NCBI GenBank assembly: GCA_964252035.1
Contig: OZ176212.1
Strand: one strand, 5' to 3'
Source: Podarcis erhardii
Lineage: Eukaryota
Length of the DNA stretch: 64,000 nucleotides
Below are positions 50,169-62,343 of the stretch, piece by piece. Made by a program: the position numbers and the translations under genes. How positions within the stretch are numbered: position 1 is the first letter of the stretch; each line of letters begins with the position of its first letter. Under the pieces are notes generated by a model, which was not told the DNA's origin, searched no databases, and worked only from the letters and a program-made list of their open reading frames with translations.

Positions 50169-50897
50169 GCAATGAAATTGAATCTGCACAGACAGATAAA
50201 GCCCAACAAGCAGATTGTGTGGAACCCTTTTATGTAGCCACTTTGCTAAAGATGCCAGATGGATACATGGAGTTCCACACAGCTGAAAGAAGCCAGGAGA
50301 AGGCTGTCTTCAGAATTCATAATCAGTTGCAGGATCTTATTGAGAAAGTGGTTATTGGCGTGCCTACAACATCAGTACCTAAAAAAGTTGGTGCAGGATT
50401 GGGACCAGCCAGCCTAAAAATGATGGAAGGGATGGGACTTTTGAGCGATTCCCTGCTGATTTCGATAAGCAAGCCGGTGGGAATTGCTCACACGGCATAT
50501 TTCCCAACAGCTGATGGATCACTCTACTTCAGAGGTGATTTGAAAGAAGTTGCATTTGGACAGATAAAGGTTGAAGACAGAGACACTGATGAAACAACTC
50601 AGCAGGATAGTCTGGATGAGAGAAGGCCATTCGTATCAGAAGATGAAAGGTGTGCCATGGTTGCAGAATTGGACCCCTCTGAGCATATTTACCAAGTTGA
50701 GGTTGAAGCTAATGTCCCAAAGGAGAGCAAAACTTTGGAATGTGTACTAGAAGTAGACAAGCTTTCAGGGGAGAGCACCTCCCTGGAAGGGGAGACATTG
50801 GAAACTGTGCAGGCCTCAGAACTGCAAAAGGCTTCTGGAAAAAAAGCTGCCTATTGTACACCAGAGAAACAAAGCAGTCGATTGCCACTTCTGAAAG
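50169..50897 (+). CDS. MAPT: Tau exon 4A (big tau); 5' boundary uncertain (50169 or 50099)
   Basis: Open frame ending ...YQVEVEANVPKE...KQSSRLPLLK (human FHVEITPNVQKE...KPVSRVPQLK); donor AAAG|GTGTGT, phase 1; 729 nt from the acceptor at 50167-68. Confidence 0.8.
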
Positions 50898-53185
50898 GTG
50901 TGTGCATGTGCGTGTGTTGCTCAGTTGTCCTGCTTAAAGAAAGCAAGGCTGCTAAAACCACAAATGATTTTGCACATCTCTCCCTGAATCCTGCTGCTTC
51001 AGCAGTTTCCCTGATAAGTTGACAGGAAACAAAAATGTTTGTGTGGCACTGCTCTACATCCATGGCTGTCTGCTTCATTTGGACTTGGGGTGTGAGTACA
51101 ATCCATTAATACAATGGCTGCATGCTTATGCTGCATGGATGCTGCTGCTGCTTCTCACCAATCGCCACCCCAATTTATATTTTGTGGAATTTTAGCTCTT
51201 TTCACTTCATCTGAGGTCCTCCACTGGCAGGTCTTATAACCAATTAGATCAGACAGTGATGGCCAAACTTGACCCTCCAGCTGTTTTGGGACTACAATGC
51301 CCATCATCCCTGACCACTGGTCCTGTTAGCTAGGGATGATGGGAGTTGTAGCTGAAGACCCAAGTTTTGCCAATACTGAGATAAGATACAGGTAAAGCAA
51401 GAATGGAGCTAACTGATCTTGGCCTTGATCAGAAACTTGTTATATAAGCTGTGTCTCATCATTCTTTCAAGTTTCTGATTCTCATCATGCATTCCCATTC
51501 TAGCTTATCTAATAGTTGTCAGAGATCACTGTGGTGTGTATTAAACAAAGAATGTTTCACTTATGCTGGCACTGGCTTAAATCTGTTTAATGCTAATGTG
51601 AAACATACACTGGCTATAATTTTCTCTCCCTTTCCATTCTGTATTCTACCCATCCATTAACTACACTTACACATGGCACAAATGCTGCACAGTGCACATG
51701 TAAACGTACAATCAAGCCTCATGTGTAAAAACTTGTGTAAGGGTTTTTGTTTTATTATTTTTTGCTCACCTGCATCCAAGAGAAATAAAGTAGGGTAGGG
51801 GTAGCCAATGTGGTGTCCTCAAGATGTTGTGGACTACAACTCTCAGCATCCCTGACTATTGATCACACTAGCTGAGACTAATGGGCATTGTTATCCACAA
51901 CAGCTGAGGGTGATCATGTTGGCTACCCTTTGTATGGGGTGTCAGCTAAAGGTGATAGATGGTATGACCTATAGGCAGCAGAAAATGCTTAACAGTGGTC
52001 CTTCCATAATAAAGGTGGGCTACTTCCTTTACAAATACATTTGCATTAACTTAAAAAAAAGCAATTTGCTGTATGAAATTTTGCATGATTTTAGGCATCT
52101 CAAGCTATTCCTTTTTTTTTTTTGAGGAACTATGTGAATAGAAAATACATGTATGTATCTTCTTTAAGAACATCCCTTTCTACATTGTCTCTTCATAGTT
52201 TCATATGGGGGGGTTGGGGAGGAACCAAAGAGTTTCCTAAATAACAGATATTGACATCACAGTTGGGACCTTTTGGAACTTCTACAATAAGGAGGCATGA
52301 GTCTTCCTCCTCTGCTTGAAAGACTTAATATTTTTGCATCTTGCACAGCAGGCAAGCAGGTGAAACAATTAGCACTGGTATTTCTTTTTTTCCCTCCAGC
52401 TTTTCAGAATTTGTAGTAGAGTAAATTGGAATGTTGAAATCCCTTCTAGAAGGGTAACCTGATCTTCATGGGTTGGGTAAACCTAGCCAGATAGGTGGAG
52501 TATAAATAATAAATTATTATTATATTATTATATGGGTTCCAGTGAACACTGCTAGTCATAAATGGCTCATGGGGGTTGTTAATCCACCATCTTTGGAAGA
52601 AAGATCCTATTGTCAGTTGAGCGTGACCATTGTCTAATATTCCCTAGAGCGGGGCATGCTGTTGAATCCTGCCAGAGCTGCCCAAATTGTGCAAAGAGAT
52701 CTTGGATAGACTTTGTAAATCAGCTCAAAGCACTCATATGGGAGAAAGCCTGTGCTACATCCACTAACAGTTTGCTGGGCTGTCTTTTAGTTTCTCTGAA
52801 GGAATCTTAGCTCAAAGAACTTAACTGTGAGCTTCCTTGGCATTGAAACATCTGGCTGTGTTAGAGGAGATGGCCTTTCTGTCAGCTGCAAAGAGAGCAT
52901 TAGAACTGAAAGGGGAGAAAATCAGTAGAACCAAGAAGAAGAGACCCAAGGCCCAGAACAATCCAAACGATACTTAAATATTCTGTCCAAACCTGAGCAG
53001 TTGATGAATGTGTGAAAATGCTTTGCATAGGCTGATCAGATGACAAGGTTCATAACTCCAGAAGCTTCAGTTTGTAGGAAAGAGGGAGGTGCTGGCTACA
53101 ATTAACTGTCAGAGTCTGCTAGAATGAAGAACCTGTCACTGCTAAGCCATTGAAAAGGAAGCCTCTGGAAAAGAAAAAGATATGT

Positions 53186-53477
53186 AGGTATAAGGTTAGG
53201 TAAAGGATCCTTGGGTGGTTAAGTCCAGTCAAATTTGACTATGGCGTGTGGTTCTCATCTCTGCTTTCAGGCCGAGGCATCCGACGTTTGTCTAGGTCAT
53301 GTGGCCAGCATGGCTAAACTGCTTCTGGCGCAATGGGACACCATGATGGAAACCAGAGCACACAGAAATGCCGTTTATCTTCCTGCCTCAGCAGTACCTA
53401 TTTATTTACTCGTGCTGGTATGCTTTTGAACCGCTAGATTAGCAGGAGCTGGGACAAAGCAATGGGAGCTCACTCCG
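53186..53477 (-). mobile_element. Sauria SINE, diverged
   Basis: Reverse complement of the SINE at 1-241, including the aggtaaagg tail. Confidence 0.75.
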
Positions 53478-56400
53478 CCTGGACTAAGCATTGGTGATTC
53501 TAACATCAAGTCATTCTATGACAAGCTGCTCTTTGAAAGAAACTCAGTGACTCATGTCCTTATGGAATTCTTTTGCATCAAGCTTATCACTTCAGCTTGG
53601 GGTAGCTGAGAAGTGGGCCCTCATACTCACCCTGCAATTTATTGTGTTCTGGCAGCAATGGACAATTGTCTACAAAATTCTATCAAGAACCAGGAAAGAT
53701 GGGTAGCATGATTACAGGCTGTACCTAGAATCTTTCGTTATAAGGCTTCGTTTGTTCAGAAAAGGGTCATGCAGATGTCCATGCAAATATGGGAAATGTA
53801 ATCATCAGTGAGCATATTTATTTATTTATTTATTTGCTTTATATTGCCCAAGGCAACCCAGAGTGACATAGATACACAGCAAAAGATATCAACTTTCTCG
53901 TAACAGAACAAAAACAATGTGTGCACTTCAGCAGCAGAGTATAGTACCAGTCTTTATGTGTCCATGATATACTAGTCAAGGATTATAATCTTTGCATTCC
54001 TTCAGTTTTCTGTAGGGCAAGGGTGAACAGAATGTTGGTTGCAATCAATCCATCTTTCTCTGGCTGATTTGCAGGCAAACATTTCAGCCTCTCTTCTCCT
54101 TTAGCCGATTCTGTTGGCTGAATGTGGGTGTATCAGCCCCATTTTCGATATATGTGTTCAGATTTTGCTATTTAAAAAACAAAAAAATATTTGTGTGTGA
54201 AGCTACTTCCTGCCAGCAGCCTCTTTGTTGCCTTGCTTCTGCAACTTTTCCCTCAGTGAATAATATGAGGTTGACAATTATCATATTGGACCAGATTTCT
54301 GCTGCTCAGCTTTATTGGATGGCCCTAGATTATTGTATGAATAAACCTCAAATGCAGCAGGAGTTGTTCTGGTCCCATGATAATTTTGGTAGCCCTTTTC
54401 TAAAGGGCTTTTCATTGCCAATTACTAATCCACAAGAGAGTCTCTCCTCTTATTCCATGACCACTACCTTTAATCAGGAGTCTTTGGTGAGTTACTTTAT
54501 CAAAGTCTTTTTGAAATTCTAAGTACACAGTGTCCTCACACTACATCTTATGGACAAGTTAGATTTTTTAAAAAGAAGATTCCTTGGCTACAAGGGGATG
54601 AGCTTGTTCCCTGGGGGTCAGGAGCTCACTGCACTGAGTAAACACCCATGACTTCTATCTAGGCAGCCATTAGTTGTTTATGTGGCATTCTGTACAGTGT
54701 TCTAAATAGACCCCACACCCCTGCTGGCTTCCTACCTGAATGCTTTGTGTTGTTTGAATTTTAAATCAAAGAAGAGGTGGAGCATAGTGAGGCTTGACTG
54801 ACTTGCTCTGTTTTAAACTTGCACAAATGCCTAACTTGCATGTTACCTTGACACTTGGTCACTGGGGCTGAGAATCTTCACCAGATGGGGCTCCTTTTGT
54901 GCTTCTAAAACAGATTCTTTCTCTCTAGGTTGCCTGAAGCTTATTGTCCTGTCTAGCTTCCCCCAACTTCTGCAGCAGCCAATTAGATCAGGAAGTCATT
55001 GTTGGAAAAACACAAGGAGACAGGCCCCTGCAAGGGGTGGGGAGGGGGTGCGGGCAGTCGGGTACACTAGCCCCAGGCCTTGCTGGGCTAAGGCGACTAA
55101 CGGGCCCCACCAGGGACTGGCTGCTTTTTTGTTTGAGCTTATAACTTTATTCTAACAAGACTCCAGGCCTCAGACAAGTTCTGCATGAGCCTGCAAGGAG
55201 GTAAGACTCCTTGGGTTGCAATAAATTCCAGTGACTAAAAATCTGAAAGGGAAATTTATGTCAGTTTAGCACCCTGGGTAGTGATATTGAGGGATATGTG
55301 ATGTGGGCAGTTGAAATTCCTCCGGAAATGAAAGTGCTTTAAATCTGAGTGATTTTAACTGATTTTGAAACTGAACAAAAAACCTGAGCTTTCAACTTGC
55401 CCTAAGGTCAACCCTTACCCCTTAGTTTACATGCTATGCTTAATAAGCACAAACCAGGCCTTTACTGAGCTTGAATTGGGGTTTTTTAAATACCCTAATG
55501 TTTTAAGTTTTAACTTAAAATCTATTTAGCATTCAAAATTAGAGTGTGTTATAAAAACTGAATTTAAAGCTAAAAGCCTAGGGTCCCATCCCCCCCCCCC
55601 CCGTTGAACTATTTTAAACTGAACTGAAAGCTGAAACTAGCTTTTAACTTGGACTGAACTTAACCCTTTCACTAAATTTACATGTTGCCCTTTATGGCCT
55701 ATAACTGAACCCTATACTTAGAGTGAGCTGAAAACAAGGCTTACACTTTTCGTTTTAAGCTGATTTTCCCATTAGCTAGGTTGTATTGTTTGGAACTAAT
55801 TAGTAGCTTCTTTATCCCCTATCAAAATGATAAACATTGATTTAGCATTTTGTATGACTTGATCCAAAGCAGGCAAAGCAACATTTTGTTAGAAAGGAGC
55901 ATGAATACTTTTGACACAGAATCATACTTTTTGTCCCAAGTAAGTGTTTTGTTAAACTTGGGTGTTCCATTATAGGGAGTGTGGAAACTACCGGAACCAA
56001 CTAAATGGTTCAGCTTTAACTAGTTTGCTGCTTTTTTCAGATAGTTTAATGCAGACAGGCAGAAGTTATTGGATTACTTGTATTTAGAAGTCTATGGGGT
56101 TATTAAAAGTGATCTGTTACTTCAGTGGTTAAAGGCCACAGTGCTGTTGCCAGTTCCTGACATCACACTGTAAACAGAGCTTCACACAAAACACTTGGAA
56201 GAGCTTCCAAACGTGGTACCAATCAGTTGGGAACTCTTATTATTTTTTCATTCCCAATACAGCTGGCAATACTTATTTATTTTATTTTGTTTTCCCAGAT
56301 GGTGTGAGGCACAACACGCTTGCTTGTTGCATTAAAGCTTAGCCTGAAAGAGTGAGAGCAAATTTATAAATCAGAAATATGGTTCTCTAAGGAATGGAGC

Positions 56401-56481
56401 TTTCCTCACTGTTTATGCAAGGGCAGAGGAGAGTTGCATGCTACAGTTACAATCTGAGTGGCTTACCTTCTCCAGAAGCTA

Positions 56482-56714
56482 CAGTGGTACCTCAGGTTAC
56501 ATACGCTTCAGGTTACACACGCTTCAGGTTACAGACTCCGCTAACCCAGAAATAGTACCTTGGGTTAAGAACTTTGCTTCGGGATGAGAACAGAAATCGT
56601 GCTCCGGCGGCGTGGCAGCAGTGGGAGGCCCCATTAGCTAAAGTGGTGCTTCAAGTTAAGAACAGTTTCAGGTTAAAAACGGACGTAATCAGTACGTAAT
56701 CAGAGGTACCACTG
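56482..56714 (+). mobile_element. Tc1/mariner MITE, CAGTGGTACC family, copy 3
   Basis: TA-CAGTGGTACCT...AGGTACCACTG-TA. Confidence 0.9.
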
Positions 56715-56776
56715 TATTTTAGAACTGTCACCCCTCCACACAGCAAAATGTAACAGTAATTCTCCTTTCTCATCAG

Positions 56777-56832
56777 CTCGAATGGACAACAAAGATAAAA
56801 ATGAGACTGGGACTGAAGAGCCTAAACCAAAG
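56777..56832 (+). CDS. MAPT: Tau exon 5, 56 nt
   Basis: catcAG acceptor, ARMDNKDKNETGTEEPKPK, donor AAG|GTAAGC; same length as the human exon. Confidence 0.93.
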
Positions 56833-57381
56833 GTAAGCTGACAAGCATATATGAACATGGATGCAGTTCATCCTCTCTGCATTCTTGGTTCTTCCTTAAA
56901 ACATTTTTCTTTATCTTTGATGGAGTAAATATTTTGGTTTCTGCTAGAAACCTTTAAATGCAGTTTGTTGTCTCCCCACCACCACCATCATTTATTTTTT
57001 TTGCAAGGCCCAGTGTGCATTCTAAGTTAGAATCCCTTTAAAATCTGTATTTTAAGCTTGAGAAGCCACTTTCTTCCCTGTAACTAAACTAGGTGTGACA
57101 GGAAGTTGCTACTGTAAAACTTGACATCTCCTTTTGCATAGAGTTTCATTCAAGCCCGAGTATCTCTGAGAAGCATTTCTGTGTGGTAATCAGTGTTAAG
57201 CTTTTTTTGTGGAACTTCTGCTCAGGGACAGCCTCTCTTCCTCCCTGTGGTGCTGGCTTTGGAGAATCCTACCCACTAGTTTAAACACGTTTTAATGTGA
57301 GCTTGATTTTATTGTATATTTCTATGTGTAGTTTTTAAAGTGTAACCTACTTAGGGCTAATGGTGAGAGGGATAGAAATAT

Positions 57382-57427
57382 AAACAAACAAAACAAAACA
57401 AAACAAAACAAAACAAAACAAAACAAA
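57382..57427. repeat. (AAAAC)n microsatellite
   Basis: About 9 units seen directly. Confidence 0.95.
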
Positions 57428-58720
57428 GTGAATGAAAGCCCCCTTTTGCTGTACAAAAGCAGCAGCTGCCATACCTTGCCTTATAACTCGAGCTTTGAAA
57501 GGATCGTTTGCCTCTTTAATCAGAACCACAAAAAGAAAAGACTGAATTGCCTAAAGAGCAAATAAGGCAAGCCACAAAATGGATCAGAGCACGCACAGGA
57601 AGCTTGAAAATAAGGATTGCTTTGACAGGCCCACAGACTTGCCTGGAAAAGGCATGTGACTGAAAGGACTACAGTTTTATTCTGCCAGTTTTTTAAAGGC
57701 TTGTTCTCCCAAGCCTCTGTTTCTGTGGTTAAGTTTTGGAACTTAATTGCTCTCTCCCCTTCCTAGCTCTCAAACAGATTGCCTGGAAAATGTCTGCTGG
57801 CCATGTAGATAGCAATACATCCACAGAGCCTGGCTTGTTTGTTGATCGTTGTAGTTCAGAAACCTTTCTTCCTCATTCAGTAGTAATAATGAAGTGGCTT
57901 ACTAGTGAAGAGGCTGAAGCAAACTTCTTTATTTAATGGAAACCTGTTCAGACACTAACCAGCTATTCCCATGGGAGTAAAACAATAAATGGCAAAACCT
58001 GTGGTTTTTCTAGGTTATGTTGCAAGCTCAAAGGGATTGATGGTTCCAGTAGTGGCTGGTAGGTTGGCTCAGGTGGGGCTGAATTTCTGTCCCTGCTTTC
58101 AAACACAGTGTGTTGCTGCTGCTTACTGGGAGGGGGGAGAGGGCAAGGCAGCTGAGCTTAGCAGGTACTGGTGTGGCAGCAGAGCCAGTTGAACACTCCT
58201 CCTACACCAAGTTCTCGTTGCCCTCCTACTCCCCCTCTCAATAAGCAGCAACATCATGTCATGTTTGGAAGGCAAGAGAGTAAGGCAGCCAGATCTGTAA
58301 TGTCCTGCCAGCCACTCCTGGATGTAGCTGTCATCATCTCTCCCAGAATTCTTCTTTATGATGATGTCATGGTGGAAACCAATGCCACAGAAGTGATAAA
58401 TGCAATATGTGGGAGCATGTTTACTTTCAGATGCTCCTTTGATGATGTACTATTCAAAAATCTGTGATTTTGGTACCCTATCCTTCTAAGGGTGAGATAG
58501 ATGATGCGATGCTTTGAAATTCTTTTTAATGCCAGCGCAGTGCAGGAGATAGAGAGCCCGTTTCAGTTAGGTTTTGATTTTCTTTTAACATGCTTAAGGC
58601 CATTGGTCATTCTGACTTTACTTTAACCACCACACTTTTTCAGTTTATTTTTATTAATTTTTTTACTTTTTTCTCATGCTGATCTTTGGTTTTATTTTAT
58701 TTTGTTCACATGTTTTTAAG

Positions 58721-58918
58721 ACATCCATACCTTCCTCTGTCAAAATCTTGGAAGGTAGATCCTCCATTATTCCCAAACGAAACTCCTCTGTTAGTTCTAT
58801 CCCTTTGAAAAAACCCTCCAACCCTGCTGAGTCCTCAGTACCAACTTCCATCCCTAAATGCATCTCTTCTATCGCATCCCGACCAACCAGTACAGGAACA
58901 AAAGAGAAAAGGGGCAAG
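58721..58918 (+). CDS. MAPT: Tau exon 6, 198 nt
   Basis: tttttaAG acceptor, TSIPSSVKIL...PKCISSIASRPTSTGTKEKRGK (66 aa, aligns with human exon 6), donor AAG|GTAAGA. Confidence 0.9.
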
Positions 58919-60143
58919 GTAAGAAATGGTGTAAAAATAAAGTTGGTGGAGTGAGGGGCTGGGGTAAATCTATTTCTTTCCCATTTGCTTAGATTCCTTG
59001 CATTGGGTTGGGCATGCATTTACAGCAAATTGCATGCAAGTGGTCGTTGTGTTTTGCAATTTGTACTTACCTGACTTTTTCTTAATGACCAAGATATGAA
59101 TATACTTTACTTGGTTATGGCTAGCTACTACCACTCCAATGTATTGCCTTTTTCTCCCATTTTAAGAGATTGTGCTAGGATTGACCACTGATTATAGCCA
59201 AGTTAAAGAATACTTCTTTCGAATAGTTGAGCAAGCAGCCTCACAATGCACTTAATATTGTGTTTAATTTGCACATAAATGAAGTCAAATAAATCGCCAC
59301 TTGATACATTAATGTGCTCAGATGGAGTGTTATTTATTTAGTCTACAGACCGCCCCACATCTGCAGATCTCTGAGTAGGTAACAATAAAACTTGGCAATT
59401 TAGAGAAGAAATGAAAAGTGCAAATATATAAATTCCCTTTAGCCAACTTTGTTTATTCTGCTTGAATTCTTCTTAGTTTTTTATGTTCATGGTTTTTTCC
59501 CTGGACATTGCCAGCGTTTTACTGAGCTTTATTTAGTTAATGGATATGTAAGACATTTGATGTTGCTTGTTGCTCAGGTTTTCCAGATGGCACAGTATTT
59601 GCATGTTATCACACCTGCTCCTGCAAGCTGTGGTGACGTAACAGTGAATGATTTATTCAACAGTCACACATGTTTTCATGTGGATATCACATTTTATATG
59701 CAACAGAAAGGACTCATGAAATAAGTGCATTCAATTAATGTGGGTGAAAAAGGGATTATGTAATACTGTTATTACTGTGGATATCTATTCTAAAAGCTGT
59801 ATGTTTAGAAGCTAAGCAGGGACAAGGCATCATCAACTTTGCATTTGGACAAGCCATTAGTTTTACTTTACATAAGTTGTTCATTATTTATGTTCTGAAA
59901 TCAAATGAGAAAATGGTAGAATTGAATAGAATAGCATTTTGTATGGCAAGCCTCATAAAATTACATATAATAAGCACATGGTAAAGTCTTGAAACTTGTA
60001 TTGGCATTATGAGTTCATTTCTCAGGTTTAGGTTGAAAATGTGTAAATAAAGAGGAAATCCCCCTAATCCACAGCAATTTATTCTGCTTTTTTAGTCTAT
60101 GAGCAGTCAATAAATACTGCCCTTTCTCAATTTCTGTCACCAG

Positions 60144-60270
60144 GGTCCAGATATGAAAACAAAGATAGCCACTCCACGTCCTGGTATGGGACAGAATCAG
60201 AAGAGTCCAGCCAATGCTTCTCGGATCCCTGCCAAAACTCCCACCATTCCCAAGACACCACCCAGCCTTG
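60144..60270 (+). CDS. MAPT: Tau exon 7, 127 nt
   Basis: caccAG acceptor, [12 protein letters not shown]...[16 protein letters not shown], donor TTG|GTAAGA. Confidence 0.96.
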
Positions 60271-60859
60271 GTAAGAGAAGAAGGGTTTTTTGTGTGTTGC
60301 ATAGCAGTTTGGTTTTTTTGCTTTCTGGAAATTGCTCCAAACAAACTGTGGTTTACTTGAGCTCCCTCACATTCAAATACAAAGGTGTTGGGTTTTTGCT
60401 TTTATTTGTGGTGTATCAAGAGAAAGTACAAGTCCTTCCTCAGTATATTCCTCTTGGCAGTAGATGTGAGGAAGAACTGTGCCTGTGCAGAGAAACCTTT
60501 TAAAAGAACCCAAAAGGCTCTGAAGAAAGTGGCATGAAGTTGATGTGGCCTAGCACCGCAAAAGTTCATTTGACACAGGCCTCAAGGCAGGAATTTTAAT
60601 AAAAGTAGCATGAGAAGTAGCCTTTTCTCAAAATCATAAGGTGAGCTTTTATAAAGGGCAGGGAGCACCAGCCAACCTGTCCATTTCTGCCTCTGACTGC
60701 CACCATAATCCTGCTTAAGAATCAAATCTCACTCAGCACTGGATGATTGGATAGCAGGTGGCTGCCATCTTGTATCACCCTCAATGCAATGCTTGACATG
60801 ATGACAAAGGGACCTAAGATGGTGGTTTCTTGCTACCAGTTTGTATTCTTTTTAAAGAA

Positions 60860-61125
60860 TCACCAAGTTACAGGGAATCAGCCAAGTTACAGGGAACTAG
60901 GCAGAGGGCCTTCTTGGTAGTGGCACCCACCCTGTGGAACACCCTCTCACCAGATGTCAAAGAGAAAAACAACTACCAGACTTTTAGAAGACATCTGAAG
61001 GCAGCCCTGTTTAGGGAAGCTTATAATGTTTGAAAGACTATTGTATTTTAGAATTTTGTTGGAAGCCACCCACAGTGGCTGGGGTAACCCAGCCAGATGG
61101 GCGGGATATAAATAATAAATTTTTA
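60860..61125 (+). mobile_element. L2-like LINE 3' end
   Basis: ...QRAFLVVAPTLWNTL...FRRHLKAALF is a typical L2/CR1 ORF2 end; gggcgggatataaataataaa tail. Confidence 0.7.
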
Positions 61126-61452
61126 ATATTATTATTAAGGATCACCTCATTGCAACAAGATGCTGAAAGCCTTGAGCCTAGGTCTTGGTCTGGTGCTCTT
61201 CTACCACTTCCAGATACATGTGTTCTCCCATAGTCACCCAATGAGTGGTTTACCCAGTCTTGGAGGTAGGGTTAAAATAGGGCTTAAGCTTCTGCTCCTG
61301 TGCTCCCTGTCCCCTTAGTGCACTTTCCCTGTTTCCCTTTTATTTTCTAATAGTCATTGGAATCTCTGTAGTCTGCCCTTCCTTTCCCCCCTAGCAACCA
61401 GGATACAAGATTATCATTGTTTTTCACGGAGCGGTTGTTTTTGTTCTTTCAG

Positions 61453-61506
61453 CTGCCAAAAAGGAGCAAAGAAGGCCCCCTAACACAGCAGCAAAATCTG
61501 AGAGAG
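61453..61506 (+). CDS. MAPT: Tau exon 8, 54 nt
   Basis: ctttcAG acceptor, AAKKEQRRPPNTAAKSER (human ATKQVQRRPPPAGPRSER), donor GAG|GTAAAA. Confidence 0.9.
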
Positions 61507-62077
61507 GTAAAAAAAAGTTTACTATTTCCTCTTCCTTTCTAACAAATCCTGTCCGCTGGCATTGACCATAAATTCTGTAAAACCTTGATAATTAAATTAC
61601 CTTTTTAGGGGGTAGGTAAAAGGTTGTTTTATTCATATTTTAAAATATCTTTCCATTGGAAAGAAAGTTGCAACAGTACTAAATGCAACATAGCATTTTT
61701 TTTATTTATTTAAAACATTTTTATATCACTCTTCATTAAAATTCTAGGGTGGTCTGCAATAGATGCCGATATAATAAAACAGCATATTAAAATACAATAA
61801 AAACAGTAAAAACGGCAACAACTGCAGTAGCTGAACAGTTTTCAGTGGCAAAGACCTGGATGAACAAGTGTATTTTCAGAAGGTGCTAAAAACTCACCAA
61901 AGTTTGTTCCTGCCTTATTTCAGTGGGGAGATGATTCCATAAGCTAGGTGCTCTAACAGAAAACGTCCTCCCCCTGCTTGCTAATTTCCTTCGTGCATAT
62001 TGAACAGTGTGGAAGGTTCTTTTGAATCAACAGCTAAACGATTACTTAATATATTGTACTTTCATTTCAAATTGCAG

Positions 62078-62343
62078 GTGAACCGGTAAAGTCTGGAGAT
62101 AGGAGTGGCTACAGCAGCCCTGGATCTCCAGGAACTCCTGGCAGTCGCTCCCGCACACCCTCCCTGCCAACTCCACCAAACAGGGAGCCCAAGAAGGTGG
62201 CGGTGGTTCGCACCCCGCCAAAATCCCCTTCTTCTGTCAAGAGCCGCTTGCAGACAGCCCCTGTCCCCATGCCAGACCTGAAGAATATAAAGTCCAAGAT
62301 TGGTTCCACTGAAAATTTGAAGCATCAGCCAGGGGGTGGAAAG
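62078..62343 (+). CDS. MAPT: Tau exon 9 (proline-rich region and repeat R1), 266 nt
   Basis: [34 protein letters not shown]...VRTPPKSPS...[23 protein letters not shown]; canonical AG/GT boundaries. Confidence 0.98.
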
